Virus record (IMG/VR): IMGVR_UViG_3300032562_000003
Coordinates: 62,001 to 126,000 of that record
DNA: 64,000 nt
Reading direction: 5' to 3' (one strand)
How positions within the stretch are numbered: the first letter of the stretch is position 1; every line of letters begins with the position of its first letter. The notes under the pieces are model-generated. The model saw only the letters and a program-made list of their open reading frames with translations, was not told the origin of the DNA and ran no database searches. This document shows, one piece after another, positions 55,559 through 64,000 of the stretch. The translations under genes were made by a program, and so were the position numbers.

Positions 55559-58500
55559 TTAAACTAATCTATACTGTGTTGTCCAAACAGTTGAGTTGCT
55601 GCTGGCTGGTGTAACAGCCAAACGAATCGTAGAACCTGATATATTAACTGATAGAGAACCAGTAGTACTTACTAAGTATGCTCCGCCGTATACCACCCAG
55701 TCAACGTTAGCACCATCTGTTACTGCATGTACAGTTGACATGCTGTACTTGCCACCAACAGAATCGATTCCTTTAACTAGGAATTCTACACCAGTTACAC
55801 CAGTTACTGAGAAGCTTGCAATTGTTTGGTTTGCTGTAACTGAGGTTGTAGTAACAGAGCCCCAGGTTATAGTAGTAGTAACCGAAGTGTTGCCTAAGAC
55901 GACACTAGTACCTACGTTTGCGGTGGTGCTTATGTTTGCAGAACCGGCTGAGCTTATATTACCAGCAGATACGTTTCCTGCAACGTTCGCATAACCTGCA
56001 ACATTGACTCCAGTAGATGCAATTACAAACTGAGCAGTAGAGTTGCCACCTGTGTACGTAGAAACATTGCCGCCGGATGCAATTGTTACGTTGGTTGTTC
56101 CGTTTTGCAATAGTCCACTGTTTATAGTAGTAATATTACCAGTAGTGATAATTGCAGTAGTTGTACCTAAATTACCTACGTTTGCGTTACCAGATACGTT
56201 TGCAGTACCTGTTATATTCGCACCAGTACCAGTAACAACTAATGTTGTATTACCGACAGCAGCTATATTGACATTGCCGTTAGCAGCAGGAATATTTACG
56301 TTTGAGTTGCCGTTTGCTAATGTACCAGTAAATGTAGTAGCAGATATAGTATTTGATGCAAAATTAGCGGTAATACCTGTCACAATGTTAAGTGCGCTAT
56401 TACCGTTTGAAGAAGAGGTTACACCAGCAAGATATACAGTAGAGCTAGTAGAAGTGTTGGTCTGTACTGCTGCTGCGTTAGTAGCACTTCCTGCAGTAGC
56501 AACGTTTAGATTTGCTACCTGAGTAGTTGAGGTCACGACGAACGGAGCAGTACCAGTTGAAATGTTTGAGATTAATTGCGGAGCAGTTACGTTTGCAGTT
56601 GCAAGTACTTGTGCGGTACCTAAGTTACCAACGTTCGCGTTACCAGTAGTAGTAAATGCTCCGCTGCCTAAGTTTGCATAGCCTGCAATATTAACACCAG
56701 TGCCAGTTACAGTTACGATGTTAGTACCTACTGCGGCGATGGTTACGTTACCATTTGCAGCAGCAATATTGACGTTTGAGTTTCCGTTTGCTAGACGCCC
56801 TACAAAGTTACCAGCGGTCGCATTTCCGGTTACAGATAGTGATCCAAGAGTACCTACGCTCGTTAAGCTTGAGTTAATAATAGACGATGCAAGAGTATTA
56901 CCTGTCAGATTGGCAGCATTTGCGGTGATTGAAACATTAGAGGCGGCAGTTAATTGTCCTTGACCGTTAACAGTAAATGTTGCAACTGCGTCTCCATTAC
57001 CATAACTACCAGAAGGTACTGTAGTATTAGTGATGCTGAACTGTAAGTTGGATGCAAGTGTTAATCCAGTACCAGCGGTGTATACCTGAGTCTGTGAGAA
57101 CAGAGCAAATGTTAAATTAGTAGTACCAAACACAATTGTTCCGGTAGTACTTAGAACATATGCTGCACCTCCATCACTGGCGCTTGTTACTAAGAAATAT
57201 GCACCAGTGTCAAGTCCTGCTGCGCTATCTAGAATATATGTGTTGCCGTCAGTTGCGCGAGTTAGAATCCATGGAGTAGAACTTACAACACCAACCTGTG
57301 AGATATAATACACACCGTTTTGTGAAGCAGTTGACTGTCCAACAACAAGAATTCTGTCATTGAGTGCAGCAGTATATCCTGCAATTACAAGTGGGCCTGT
57401 ACCAGTTGATGTTAGTGTTGCGCCAACACCCGCATTTGCAAGTGATGTAATCGTTAGACCTGTACCATTTGTTAATGCTACTGCATCACCGCTCCAATTT
57501 AACGATACCGTAATCGCAGTTGACGAAACAATTGACTGGACGAAATATGGTGTACCAGCAGTCAATCCTGTTCCCGTTGTGCCTGTATTGAATACGATGA
57601 CATCGTTTACAGACAAGCCGTGAGCAGAACCTGTATTAAGTGTGTTGCCGCCGGTGATGCTTGTCCAAGTAGGAGTTGTACCGCCATTGGCATATGTTGC
57701 AGATAGGTTAGTGTCTGAGGCATCAACTACTGCTGGGTGAATATCAATTCCTGCTGCAACTGCGTTATCAACGTAGTATTTTGTAGCGGCGTCCTGTGCA
57801 GCAGTTGGGTTAGAAACTTCCTTAATCTGAACATTATTAAGAACAACATTTCCGCTAGTAGCAGAAAGATTAACATTGCCACTTGTTGCAGTTAATGTTA
57901 GTGATGTTGAACTTGTTACGTTTGGTGTGTTGACACCGACTGATGCGTTTGCGTTAGATACAACAGCATTAGTTGCACCAATGTTTCCGACATTGGCATT
58001 TCCAGATACGTTTGCAGTACCTGTGATGTTTGCACCTGTGCCAGTTACAACAAGTACGTTGGCAGTGCCGGTAGCAGAGATATTAACGTTGCCATTAGCA
58101 CTTGGAATGTTAACATTTGAATTACCATTTGCAAGTGCGCCAGTTAGATTACCTACAAACGTAGTTGCGGAGAACGATCCGTTTGCTACGTTAGCAGTAT
58201 ACGCCGAATTTGCAGCAGTTTGAGTATTACCTGAAGTTGCGCTAGTAAACTGCGGATAATAAGTACCACCAGTGACCGCAGTAACGTTTGAATACATACT
58301 AACGTTTGCTCGTTCAACAAATAAGTTAGGTACCTGAGTTGTGGATGATACAACTAATGGAGCAGTACCAGTCGCAACATTAGATATTAACTGAGGTGCA
58401 GTGACGTTTGCGGTTGCGAGTACCTGTGCAGTACCTAAGTTACCAACGTTTGCGTTTCCAGATACGTTTGCTGTACCTGTGATGTTTGCACCAGTACCCG

Positions 58501-59806
58501 TAACAACAAGAACATTTGCAGTACCAGCAGCAGAGATGTTCACATTATCGCTTGCAGTAGGAATTGCAACGTTTGACGTACCATTTGCAAGAATACCTTG
58601 AATGTTTCCGATCACGTTGCCGCTTAAATTACCAACAAATGTTGTAGATGTAATTGCGTTGTTGGCGTAGTTTGCAGTAATACCAGTTACAATATTAAGT
58701 GCGCTGTTACCATTTGAGCTTGACGTAGTACCAGTCAGATACACAGTTGAGCTAGTAGAAGTGTTGGTTTGCACTGCTGCGGCATTAGTTGCTGCTGTTG
58801 CAGTACCTGAAAGCGATCCGACAAAAGTAGTTGCCGTGATCGAGTTATTTGATAAGTTAGCACTGATACCAGAAACTGTATTCAATGAATAGTTTGCATT
58901 GGTCGACGCAGTTACGAATGTAGGGTATACCGTAGTTGCAGTTGAAGCATTTGTCTGTACTGCGGCTGCGTTAGTTGCAGCATCGGCGAATCCGGCATTT
59001 GCTACGTTTAAATTAGCAACGCGAGTTACTGACACCACTGTAAACGGTGCAGTACCAGTTGCAGCGTTTGATATAAATTGCGGTGCAGTTACGTTCGCTG
59101 TCGCGCCAACAAAACCTGTACCAATATTACCTAGATTTGCATTTCCTGTAGTAGTTAGTGCACCAGAACCTAGATCTGCATAACCTGCAATATTAACACC
59201 AGTACTAGTAAATGTCACAGTATTAGCAGTGCCGCCAATAGAAACGGTAATGTTACCGTCAGTTGTGCCTGCAGTGATGTTAGAGGAACCGTTACTAATA
59301 GCGTTTCCGGTTGCTACTGCTTCCCAAGATAGGCCGCCTGACCCGTCTGTTTGCAAATAGTAACCTGATGAACCACCGGTAATAGTTAAATTGCCTACTG
59401 CGCCTAAATTGCTTAATCCAGAAACATTTAGATTAGCAGTATTTGACGTTCCAGTTACATCAGATGTACCGGATACATTTATTCCGGTATCAGTAATTAC
59501 AACTACGTTGGCATTTCCTGCACTACTGAAGTTGATATTACCATTATTAATTACCTGTATATTACTAGTACCATTGGACAGCGATGCAGTACCTACTGTA
59601 GTGAATGATAAGTTTCCAGTACCATCAGTGGAGATGACCTGCCCAGACATCCCACCAGTAATTTTGACGTTACCGATCGAGTTGAGATTGGCTACACCAG
59701 TAGTAGTTATGTTCGTCGTGGTGATGTCTCCGTTAGCCAATATAATATTGGAAGGTGTTTCTCCTACCGAGAAACCTGCTACTGAATTTAAAGATTTAAT
59801 GGCCAT
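55559..59806 (-). CDS. Long tail fibre-like repeat protein
   Basis: 1415 aa with the same repeat family, a central DRILVVGQ...QNGVY...LTRATD module, and a C-terminal beta domain. Confidence 0.82.
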   Translation of the reverse strand: MAIKSLNSVAGFSVGETPSNIILANGDITTTNITTTGVANLNSIGNVKITGGMSGQVISTDGTGNLSFTTVGTASLSNGTSNIQVINNGNINFSSAGNANVVVITDTGINVSGTSDVTGTSNTANLNVSGLSNLGAVGNLTITGGSSGYYLQTDGSGGLSWEAVATGNAISNGSSNITAGTTDGNITVSIGGTANTVTFTSTGVNIAGYADLGSGALTTTGNANLGNIGTGFVGATANVTAPQFISNAATGTAPFTVVSVTRVANLNVANAGFADAATNAAAVQTNASTATTVYPTFVTASTNANYSLNTVSGISANLSNNSITATTFVGSLSGTATAATNAAAVQTNTSTSSTVYLTGTTSSSNGNSALNIVTGITANYANNAITSTTFVGNLSGNVIGNIQGILANGTSNVAIPTASDNVNISAAGTANVLVVTGTGANITGTANVSGNANVGNLGTAQVLATANVTAPQLISNVATGTAPLVVSSTTQVPNLFVERANVSMYSNVTAVTGGTYYPQFTSATSGNTQTAANSAYTANVANGSFSATTFVGNLTGALANGNSNVNIPSANGNVNISATGTANVLVVTGTGANITGTANVSGNANVGNIGATNAVVSNANASVGVNTPNVTSSTSLTLTATSGNVNLSATSGNVVLNNVQIKEVSNPTAAQDAATKYYVDNAVAAGIDIHPAVVDASDTNLSATYANGGTTPTWTSITGGNTLNTGSAHGLSVNDVIVFNTGTTGTGLTAGTPYFVQSIVSSTAITVSLNWSGDAVALTNGTGLTITSLANAGVGATLTSTGTGPLVIAGYTAALNDRILVVGQSTASQNGVYYISQVGVVSSTPWILTRATDGNTYILDSAAGLDTGAYFLVTSASDGGAAYVLSTTGTIVFGTTNLTFALFSQTQVYTAGTGLTLASNLQFSITNTTVPSGSYGNGDAVATFTVNGQGQLTAASNVSITANAANLTGNTLASSIINSSLTSVGTLGSLSVTGNATAGNFVGRLANGNSNVNIAAANGNVTIAAVGTNIVTVTGTGVNIAGYANLGSGAFTTTGNANVGNLGTAQVLATANVTAPQLISNISTGTAPFVVTSTTQVANLNVATAGSATNAAAVQTNTSTSSTVYLAGVTSSSNGNSALNIVTGITANFASNTISATTFTGTLANGNSNVNIPAANGNVNIAAVGNTTLVVTGTGANITGTANVSGNANVGNLGTTTAIITTGNITTINSGLLQNGTTNVTIASGGNVSTYTGGNSTAQFVIASTGVNVAGYANVAGNVSAGNISSAGSANISTTANVGTSVVLGNTSVTTTITWGSVTTTSVTANQTIASFSVTGVTGVEFLVKGIDSVGGKYSMSTVHAVTDGANVDWVVYGGAYLVSTTGSLSVNISGSTIRLAVTPASSNSTVWTTQYRLV

Positions 59807-59807
59807 T

Positions 59808-59839
59808 TGTTTTTCCTTTGTTTTTCCTATGTTTTTCCT
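59808..59839 (-). repeat. Triple 11-bp repeat containing an SD (AGGAAAAACA)
   Basis: tgtttttcct at 59808, 59819 and 59830, directly before the ATG at 59806. Confidence 0.8.
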
Positions 59840-59865
59840 ATTTTATATTATTTATCTATTTTGTG

Positions 59866-61359
59866 TTAATCCGAATACACTGTAATCAACATTCCGTATA
59901 TAATTGACGAAGATGAATTTGGACTAACGTTGAGTTGCACTGCCGGCGGACTACTGATGTCTCCGGGATTATATTGTATTTCAAATGACCCTATACCACC
60001 ATTGATCTGCAACCCTGCATATTCGTTGAACTGCACCTGTCCATTATAAACGATAGATGTAATTTTTGATGACTGCCTAGTTAGTGTACTTTGGTCTGTA
60101 GCAATAATATTAAATTCTACTCCTGAAATGTTGCCTGCAGGAATACTGTATAAAACTTGATTAGGAACAGTGCTTGCAGTCGAAGCGAAGTACACAGCAG
60201 AAGTGCAATACTGATATACACCTGAGCCCAATTGCAATGTGTTAGCGACTAAGTTTCCAGCAATTGTTACCGTTTTGCTGTAGTCATCGTATGTGAAATA
60301 CGGACTTGCACCAAACAGTCCATTTAAATTATATTGAATCTCAGTATTTGATCCGCCTGGTTCGCCGTTGCCTCCGCCGCCACCTCCGCCAGCTTGCCAA
60401 CTCAAGTTACCTAATCCATCGGTAGTCATAACATAACCGCTAAGTCCGCCGGAGATATGAAGATTTGATATTGATCCTAGATTTACGCTAGGAGAATCTA
60501 TCAGATTGACAAGACCAGTAGCGCTAAGTGTTCCACCTACAAATGATGTTCCGGTAACATTCACATTACCTGCATTAACATTTCCTGATGTTTGTACTCC
60601 TGCTCCACTGATCTGATCCCCTGAAACTATATTTCCAGTGACAACCAATGTTGTGAGATTGCCAACGGAAGTGATATTAGGCTGAGCGTTGTCAGTTACG
60701 GTATTTGCAGTATCAGAAATAACACCAACAAGATAGTGTGCATTACCAAAATAATACGTACTCGTGGTATTTCCAGTGACCGTTAGATTCGCAATAGTAG
60801 CATTGCTTGTATGCACATTAGAAATATTAGCATTAGGTGCTGCTAGGGTGCTTGTAGTAGTATCAAATGTAAATACAGATGAACCGTCGAAGTATCCTGA
60901 GTTATTGAACTGAATCTCAGTATTTGATCCGCCTGGATTACCGTTTCCGCCGCCGCCTCCACCAACTGCCCATGACAGATTTCCGGCGCCATCAGTCTGT
61001 AAGAAATAACCGTTATTTCCTCCGCCGATGCTAACATTTGATACGTCACCTAGCGTGGTGTTATATGCTACACTAAGCTTAGGAACGGAAAGCAATTGTG
61101 AATAGTTGTCATATGTGAAATATGGATCTGCACCGAATGATCCGTTATTGTTGAACTGAACCTGCGTATTACTACCAGCAGCACTAATTGTAAGTGATTG
61201 ACCATTAGCGTAACGATAAGTGTTTGCGTAGAACACATTAGCTGCTACGTTACCTGGCGTAAAGACATTGGTTACTACATTACCGTTGGCATCGATCACC
61301 TGTACAGGTGGAACGCCTACTGAAAAGCCACCATATGAATTAAAAAGTTCTACTGTCAT
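59866..61359 (-). CDS. Tail fibre-like protein
   Basis: Shared N-terminal FNS..GFSVG motif; GY.L.TDG.GNLSW...GGSNTEIQ repeats. Confidence 0.78.
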   Translation of the reverse strand: MTVELFNSYGGFSVGVPPVQVIDANGNVVTNVFTPGNVAANVFYANTYRYANGQSLTISAAGSNTQVQFNNNGSFGADPYFTYDNYSQLLSVPKLSVAYNTTLGDVSNVSIGGGNNGYFLQTDGAGNLSWAVGGGGGGNGNPGGSNTEIQFNNSGYFDGSSVFTFDTTTSTLAAPNANISNVHTSNATIANLTVTGNTTSTYYFGNAHYLVGVISDTANTVTDNAQPNITSVGNLTTLVVTGNIVSGDQISGAGVQTSGNVNAGNVNVTGTSFVGGTLSATGLVNLIDSPSVNLGSISNLHISGGLSGYVMTTDGLGNLSWQAGGGGGGGNGEPGGSNTEIQYNLNGLFGASPYFTYDDYSKTVTIAGNLVANTLQLGSGVYQYCTSAVYFASTASTVPNQVLYSIPAGNISGVEFNIIATDQSTLTRQSSKITSIVYNGQVQFNEYAGLQINGGIGSFEIQYNPGDISSPPAVQLNVSPNSSSSIIYGMLITVYSD

Positions 61360-61468
61360 AGCGCAAACCCAGTATCTGATATAGTATTTATCGCATAGTC
61401 AGATTTTGGCTAGCCGGATCAAAGATCGCAGGAGTGCTTTATTTTCATCATATCTATAAATACAACGT

Positions 61469-61837
61469 ATGATTACGCAGCAACCAACACGGCCTATCTG
61501 TGCTCACTGCAAATTCGCTCTTGCTAAACCCAATGGCAAGAGTAAGCACGGATTTCAAAAATGGCATAGATATTGCGTTGACTGCGCAAAAGCAATTTAT
61601 GATGATAGATTCAAACATCTGCAACACAAGAAAACCTCATGTATGCAATGTGGATTCTTGCCTGAAGATTTATGTCAGATAGATTTGGTTTTTGCTGACG
61701 GCAATAAAGCCAACAAAAACAAAAAGAATCTACTGACGTTATGTGCTAATTGCGCCAGACTATACAACAAAAAAGCTAGAACAGGAAGAAAATCTATTCT
61801 AAACGTGTCAGTGGATTCTGATACTAGAATAGCGTGA
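61469..61837 (+). CDS. Zinc-finger protein with a degenerate HNH-like domain
   Basis: CxxC pairs; IDLVFADGNKAN...NLLTLCANC lacks the usual His; TATAAATA at 61455-61462. Confidence 0.65.
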   Translation: MITQQPTRPICAHCKFALAKPNGKSKHGFQKWHRYCVDCAKAIYDDRFKHLQHKKTSCMQCGFLPEDLCQIDLVFADGNKANKNKKNLLTLCANCARLYNKKARTGRKSILNVSVDSDTRIA

Positions 61838-61838
61838 A

Positions 61839-61860
61839 CTAGTGAACTATAGTTCACTAG
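61839..61860. repeat. Perfect 22-bp palindrome between convergent genes
   Basis: ctagtgaactatagttcactag. Confidence 0.8.
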
Positions 61861-61865
61861 AAAAA

Positions 61866-62135
61866 TCAGTCGTCGGCTTCGTCTTCCTCACCCGACTCAC
61901 TAGCATCTACAATCTCATCAATTAATTCTTCGGTCAGCCATCCAGCCTCTCTGAGAAAATCTACTGACTTTACAAACAGACTAAACATAGTAGCAGTAAA
62001 ATCATAGTTTGGAACAGTGTTTTGTTTTTCAAGAAGTTCTTCGATTACTGCATTTGCCTGCTGATCGCATACTGCTAAATCAAAGTAGTATACCGTACCA
62101 TCATCTAGAATTTCAATCACTTCATTGTCTTTCAT
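61866..62135 (-). CDS. Acidic hypothetical protein
   Basis: 89 aa, Asp/Glu-rich. Confidence 0.7.
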   Translation of the reverse strand: MKDNEVIEILDDGTVYYFDLAVCDQQANAVIEELLEKQNTVPNYDFTATMFSLFVKSVDFLREAGWLTEELIDEIVDASESGEEDEADD

Positions 62136-62157
62136 TTTAATGCTTTCTTAGCTAAAA

Positions 62158-62736
62158 TTACCTAGTGCGCTCATAACCAGTCACTGGATCAGTTATAACA
62201 ATAGTTTTCCCACGCATCATGATATTACCTAAATGCATATCCATATTTACCTTAGGTAACGTAGCGATAAGATCACACGCTTCAGTTATACCAGGCTGCG
62301 TCTGTTCTAAGACATACATAGCTTGAATATCACGCTCCAGATTGGCCGGCCAGCTTAGCAGCTTAGCACTATGCCATATATAACTCTCTAGCACACTCAC
62401 CATATCGTACATGTCTCTAGTTCTAACTACAGGACTGAGCTTTTCCATTCGAATTGCGTTATAGTTATCATTGACTCTCATGAATGACCCACGAAACTTC
62501 GGAAAATGCGGATTAGGATTGGACATGCACATTCTAACATATCTCGCATACGCTCTATCATCTGAGCTAACCAACTTTAATACGTAGGATTTGTCTTTTC
62601 TCCACCAAACGTTAGCATACAACCCATGACCTAATTTTTGATATCCTGCTTTTTCTAGAATATCCTCAGCCGTCCGCTGATCGGGACGTGTTACTTCTGT
62701 TAACTCTGATTCATTTAGGAGTTCTTGAATCTTCAT
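62158..62736 (-). CDS. Protein-kinase-like enzyme
   Basis: LGHGLYANV, VLKL, PHFPKF, RMEKL, DMHLGNIM and ITDP. Leader MKIQELLNES. Confidence 0.8.
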   Translation of the reverse strand: MKIQELLNESELTEVTRPDQRTAEDILEKAGYQKLGHGLYANVWWRKDKSYVLKLVSSDDRAYARYVRMCMSNPNPHFPKFRGSFMRVNDNYNAIRMEKLSPVVRTRDMYDMVSVLESYIWHSAKLLSWPANLERDIQAMYVLEQTQPGITEACDLIATLPKVNMDMHLGNIMMRGKTIVITDPVTGYERTR

Positions 62737-62738
62737 GA

Positions 62739-63320
62739 CTATAACTTCTTGATCAGAACGCCGGCCGGTCCCAGCTTAAACGGAGAAACCTCAAATTTAT
62801 CACCCAACACAGATTCTACATACTGCTGTAGTTCTTTTGTAGTAAATCCTTTTTGGTAAGTGCCGGTACTTGTAACAATGCTCATTGGCTCAGGACCCGG
62901 TTTACCTTTAGCGTCAAGAACATCTCTTCCGCGCGTTGTAATCAGAGCTATGCCACCAGACTTCAACACTCTACCAATATGTTTTACGATTTCTTTTCTG
63001 GTCTTAGGTGGAACCACATTCAGTACATTGAAGTTCGTTACCTTTTCATAGCTGTCATTAGGAATGTCTGCTGCATGATCATACGTAGGCGTGAACTTAC
63101 CTTTAGGAAATGGTTCGTAAGTATCTGCACCAAGAATGTGACTACCGTGTCCTAACCCTGCACCGAAATCCAAAACTTTACCATGCGCAGAGTGAGTATC
63201 TAAATGTGCCTTAGCTTTTGTATAGGTAGGAGCGGTTCCACTAATCTGAGTTTTTTGTGATTTCTCAGGATCTGGAAATTCAAAATCTTCTACCGATTCA
63301 AATAGTTCTTGGATTTTCAT
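62739..63320 (-). CDS. Class I SAM-dependent methyltransferase
   Basis: VLDFGAGLG and FNVLNVV. Leader MKIQELFES. Confidence 0.85.
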   Translation of the reverse strand: MKIQELFESVEDFEFPDPEKSQKTQISGTAPTYTKAKAHLDTHSAHGKVLDFGAGLGHGSHILGADTYEPFPKGKFTPTYDHAADIPNDSYEKVTNFNVLNVVPPKTRKEIVKHIGRVLKSGGIALITTRGRDVLDAKGKPGPEPMSIVTSTGTYQKGFTTKELQQYVESVLGDKFEVSPFKLGPAGVLIKKL

Positions 63321-63335
63321 GTATAACCGTTTACA

Positions 63336-63848
63336 TCATAACCCTGTGATTCTAGGATCACGGGCGGCGCCATATATCGGTTTATTGTTTCGAGACGGAC
63401 TTTTTATATTTGATTTCTTTGATATTCGGTACCTAATTTTTCTCAATGCTCTATCCAGTCGTTGGCGTATTCCTTCGCGGTTTATACCAAGCTTTTCTCC
63501 TATCTGCTCTAGAGACATTTCAGGGACTCCGATACCAAAAGCCATTCTAGCTAGGCGTTCTTCCAATGGATCTAGATCAAGCAAAATAGAATTGACTATT
63601 TTACGAACATCAGCAGCTTGGATGGCTGCGTTAGGATCTTCTTCAGAATCTGGAGTATTATAAGCTTTGTGTATTAGCGTAGTAATCTCTTGTGGATCGT
63701 CTACTATTTCCATTGGTTCTGGTAGTTGCGGTCCCTTACCAGAGAAAAAAGACCGTTGAAAGTTTGTGGGACCAAGCTTGCTGTCATCGTCAGGATTGTT
63801 GTTCTCATTGATTATGTCAATGTATGTTCTGAAAAGGTCTGCGCTCAT
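63336..63848 (-). CDS. Sigma70 region-4 domain protein (no regions 1-3)
   Basis: LDPLEERLARMAFG...MSLEQIGEKLGINREGIRQRLDRALRKIR. Confidence 0.85.
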   Translation of the reverse strand: MSADLFRTYIDIINENNNPDDDSKLGPTNFQRSFFSGKGPQLPEPMEIVDDPQEITTLIHKAYNTPDSEEDPNAAIQAADVRKIVNSILLDLDPLEERLARMAFGIGVPEMSLEQIGEKLGINREGIRQRLDRALRKIRYRISKKSNIKSPSRNNKPIYGAARDPRITGL

Positions 63849-63899
63849 GAATAACCCCGTTTTAGTTATTTATCGGTGTTTGCAGTTATCACCGTACAA

Positions 63900-63998
63900 T
63901 TAATCAACATACGGTAAATATGATTCCATCACAAAACCATTTCCACTAAACATTGGCCAAGCTGAGAAGTCTCCGGTATTCTCTAGTATGAGGCGCCA
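63900..63998 (-). CDS. 3' end of a CDS truncated by the window edge
   Basis: Open frame ...WRLILENTGDFSAWPMFSGNGFVMESYLPYVD*. Confidence 0.5.
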   Translation of the reverse strand, partial: WRLILENTGDFSAWPMFSGNGFVMESYLPYVD

Positions 63999-64000
63999 AT

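Noticed and set aside
53795-59885. Long plus-strand ORFs (Val/Pro/Thr-rich) opposite the tail fibres
   Set aside because: Antisense shadows of repetitive codon usage with no motifs or SD.
53461-61359. Diversity-generating retroelement acting on the fibres
   Set aside because: No reverse transcriptase in the window, and the repeat pair is identical rather than differing at adenines.
1-64000. Stop-codon reassignment as a cause of the broken genes
   Set aside because: TAA, TAG and TGA all end coupled genes, and the breaks at about 15510 and 35037 are frameshifts, not in-frame stops.
1-64000. tRNA or rRNA genes
   Set aside because: Intergenic gaps are short and no cloverleaf with a TTCGA T-loop was recognised; tRNAscan-SE would confirm.

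Overview
This is a 64-kb segment of a large T4-like (jumbo) phage genome, mostly minus-strand, standard genetic code. No tRNA, rRNA or CRISPR array was recognised. All family calls come from motif recognition by eye; no searches were run. Layout: (1) 0.7-9.8 kb, a 7-deazaguanine DNA-modification cluster (folE, queD, queE, DpdA2-like transglycosylase, DpdL-like paralog with LxxxHRHxF, no queC in the window) interleaved with two GT-B glycosyltransferases, an MBD4-like glycosylase and an antisense HNH gene that duplicated the dpdL 3' end. (2) 10-15 kb, a probable sliding clamp and a PolB gene split in the fingers domain around an antisense endonuclease. (3) 17-24 kb, an outer-membrane protein and a CsgF-CsgG-curlin-FecR-CHASE2 adenylate cyclase module. 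(4) 15-38 kb and 62-64 kb, many enzyme or polyprotein genes starting with a leader resembling the T4 capsid-targeting sequence. (5) 39-48 kb, ClpA, DnaJ, holin, PhoH, clamp loader, GroES and a DnaE fragment. (6) 48-61 kb, baseplate and tail-fibre genes with a GH19 lysozyme. Best candidates for new biology: a possibly glycosylated deazaguanine modification pathway, a tagged capsid-cargo effector set, and a phage-borne curli-coupled cAMP module.
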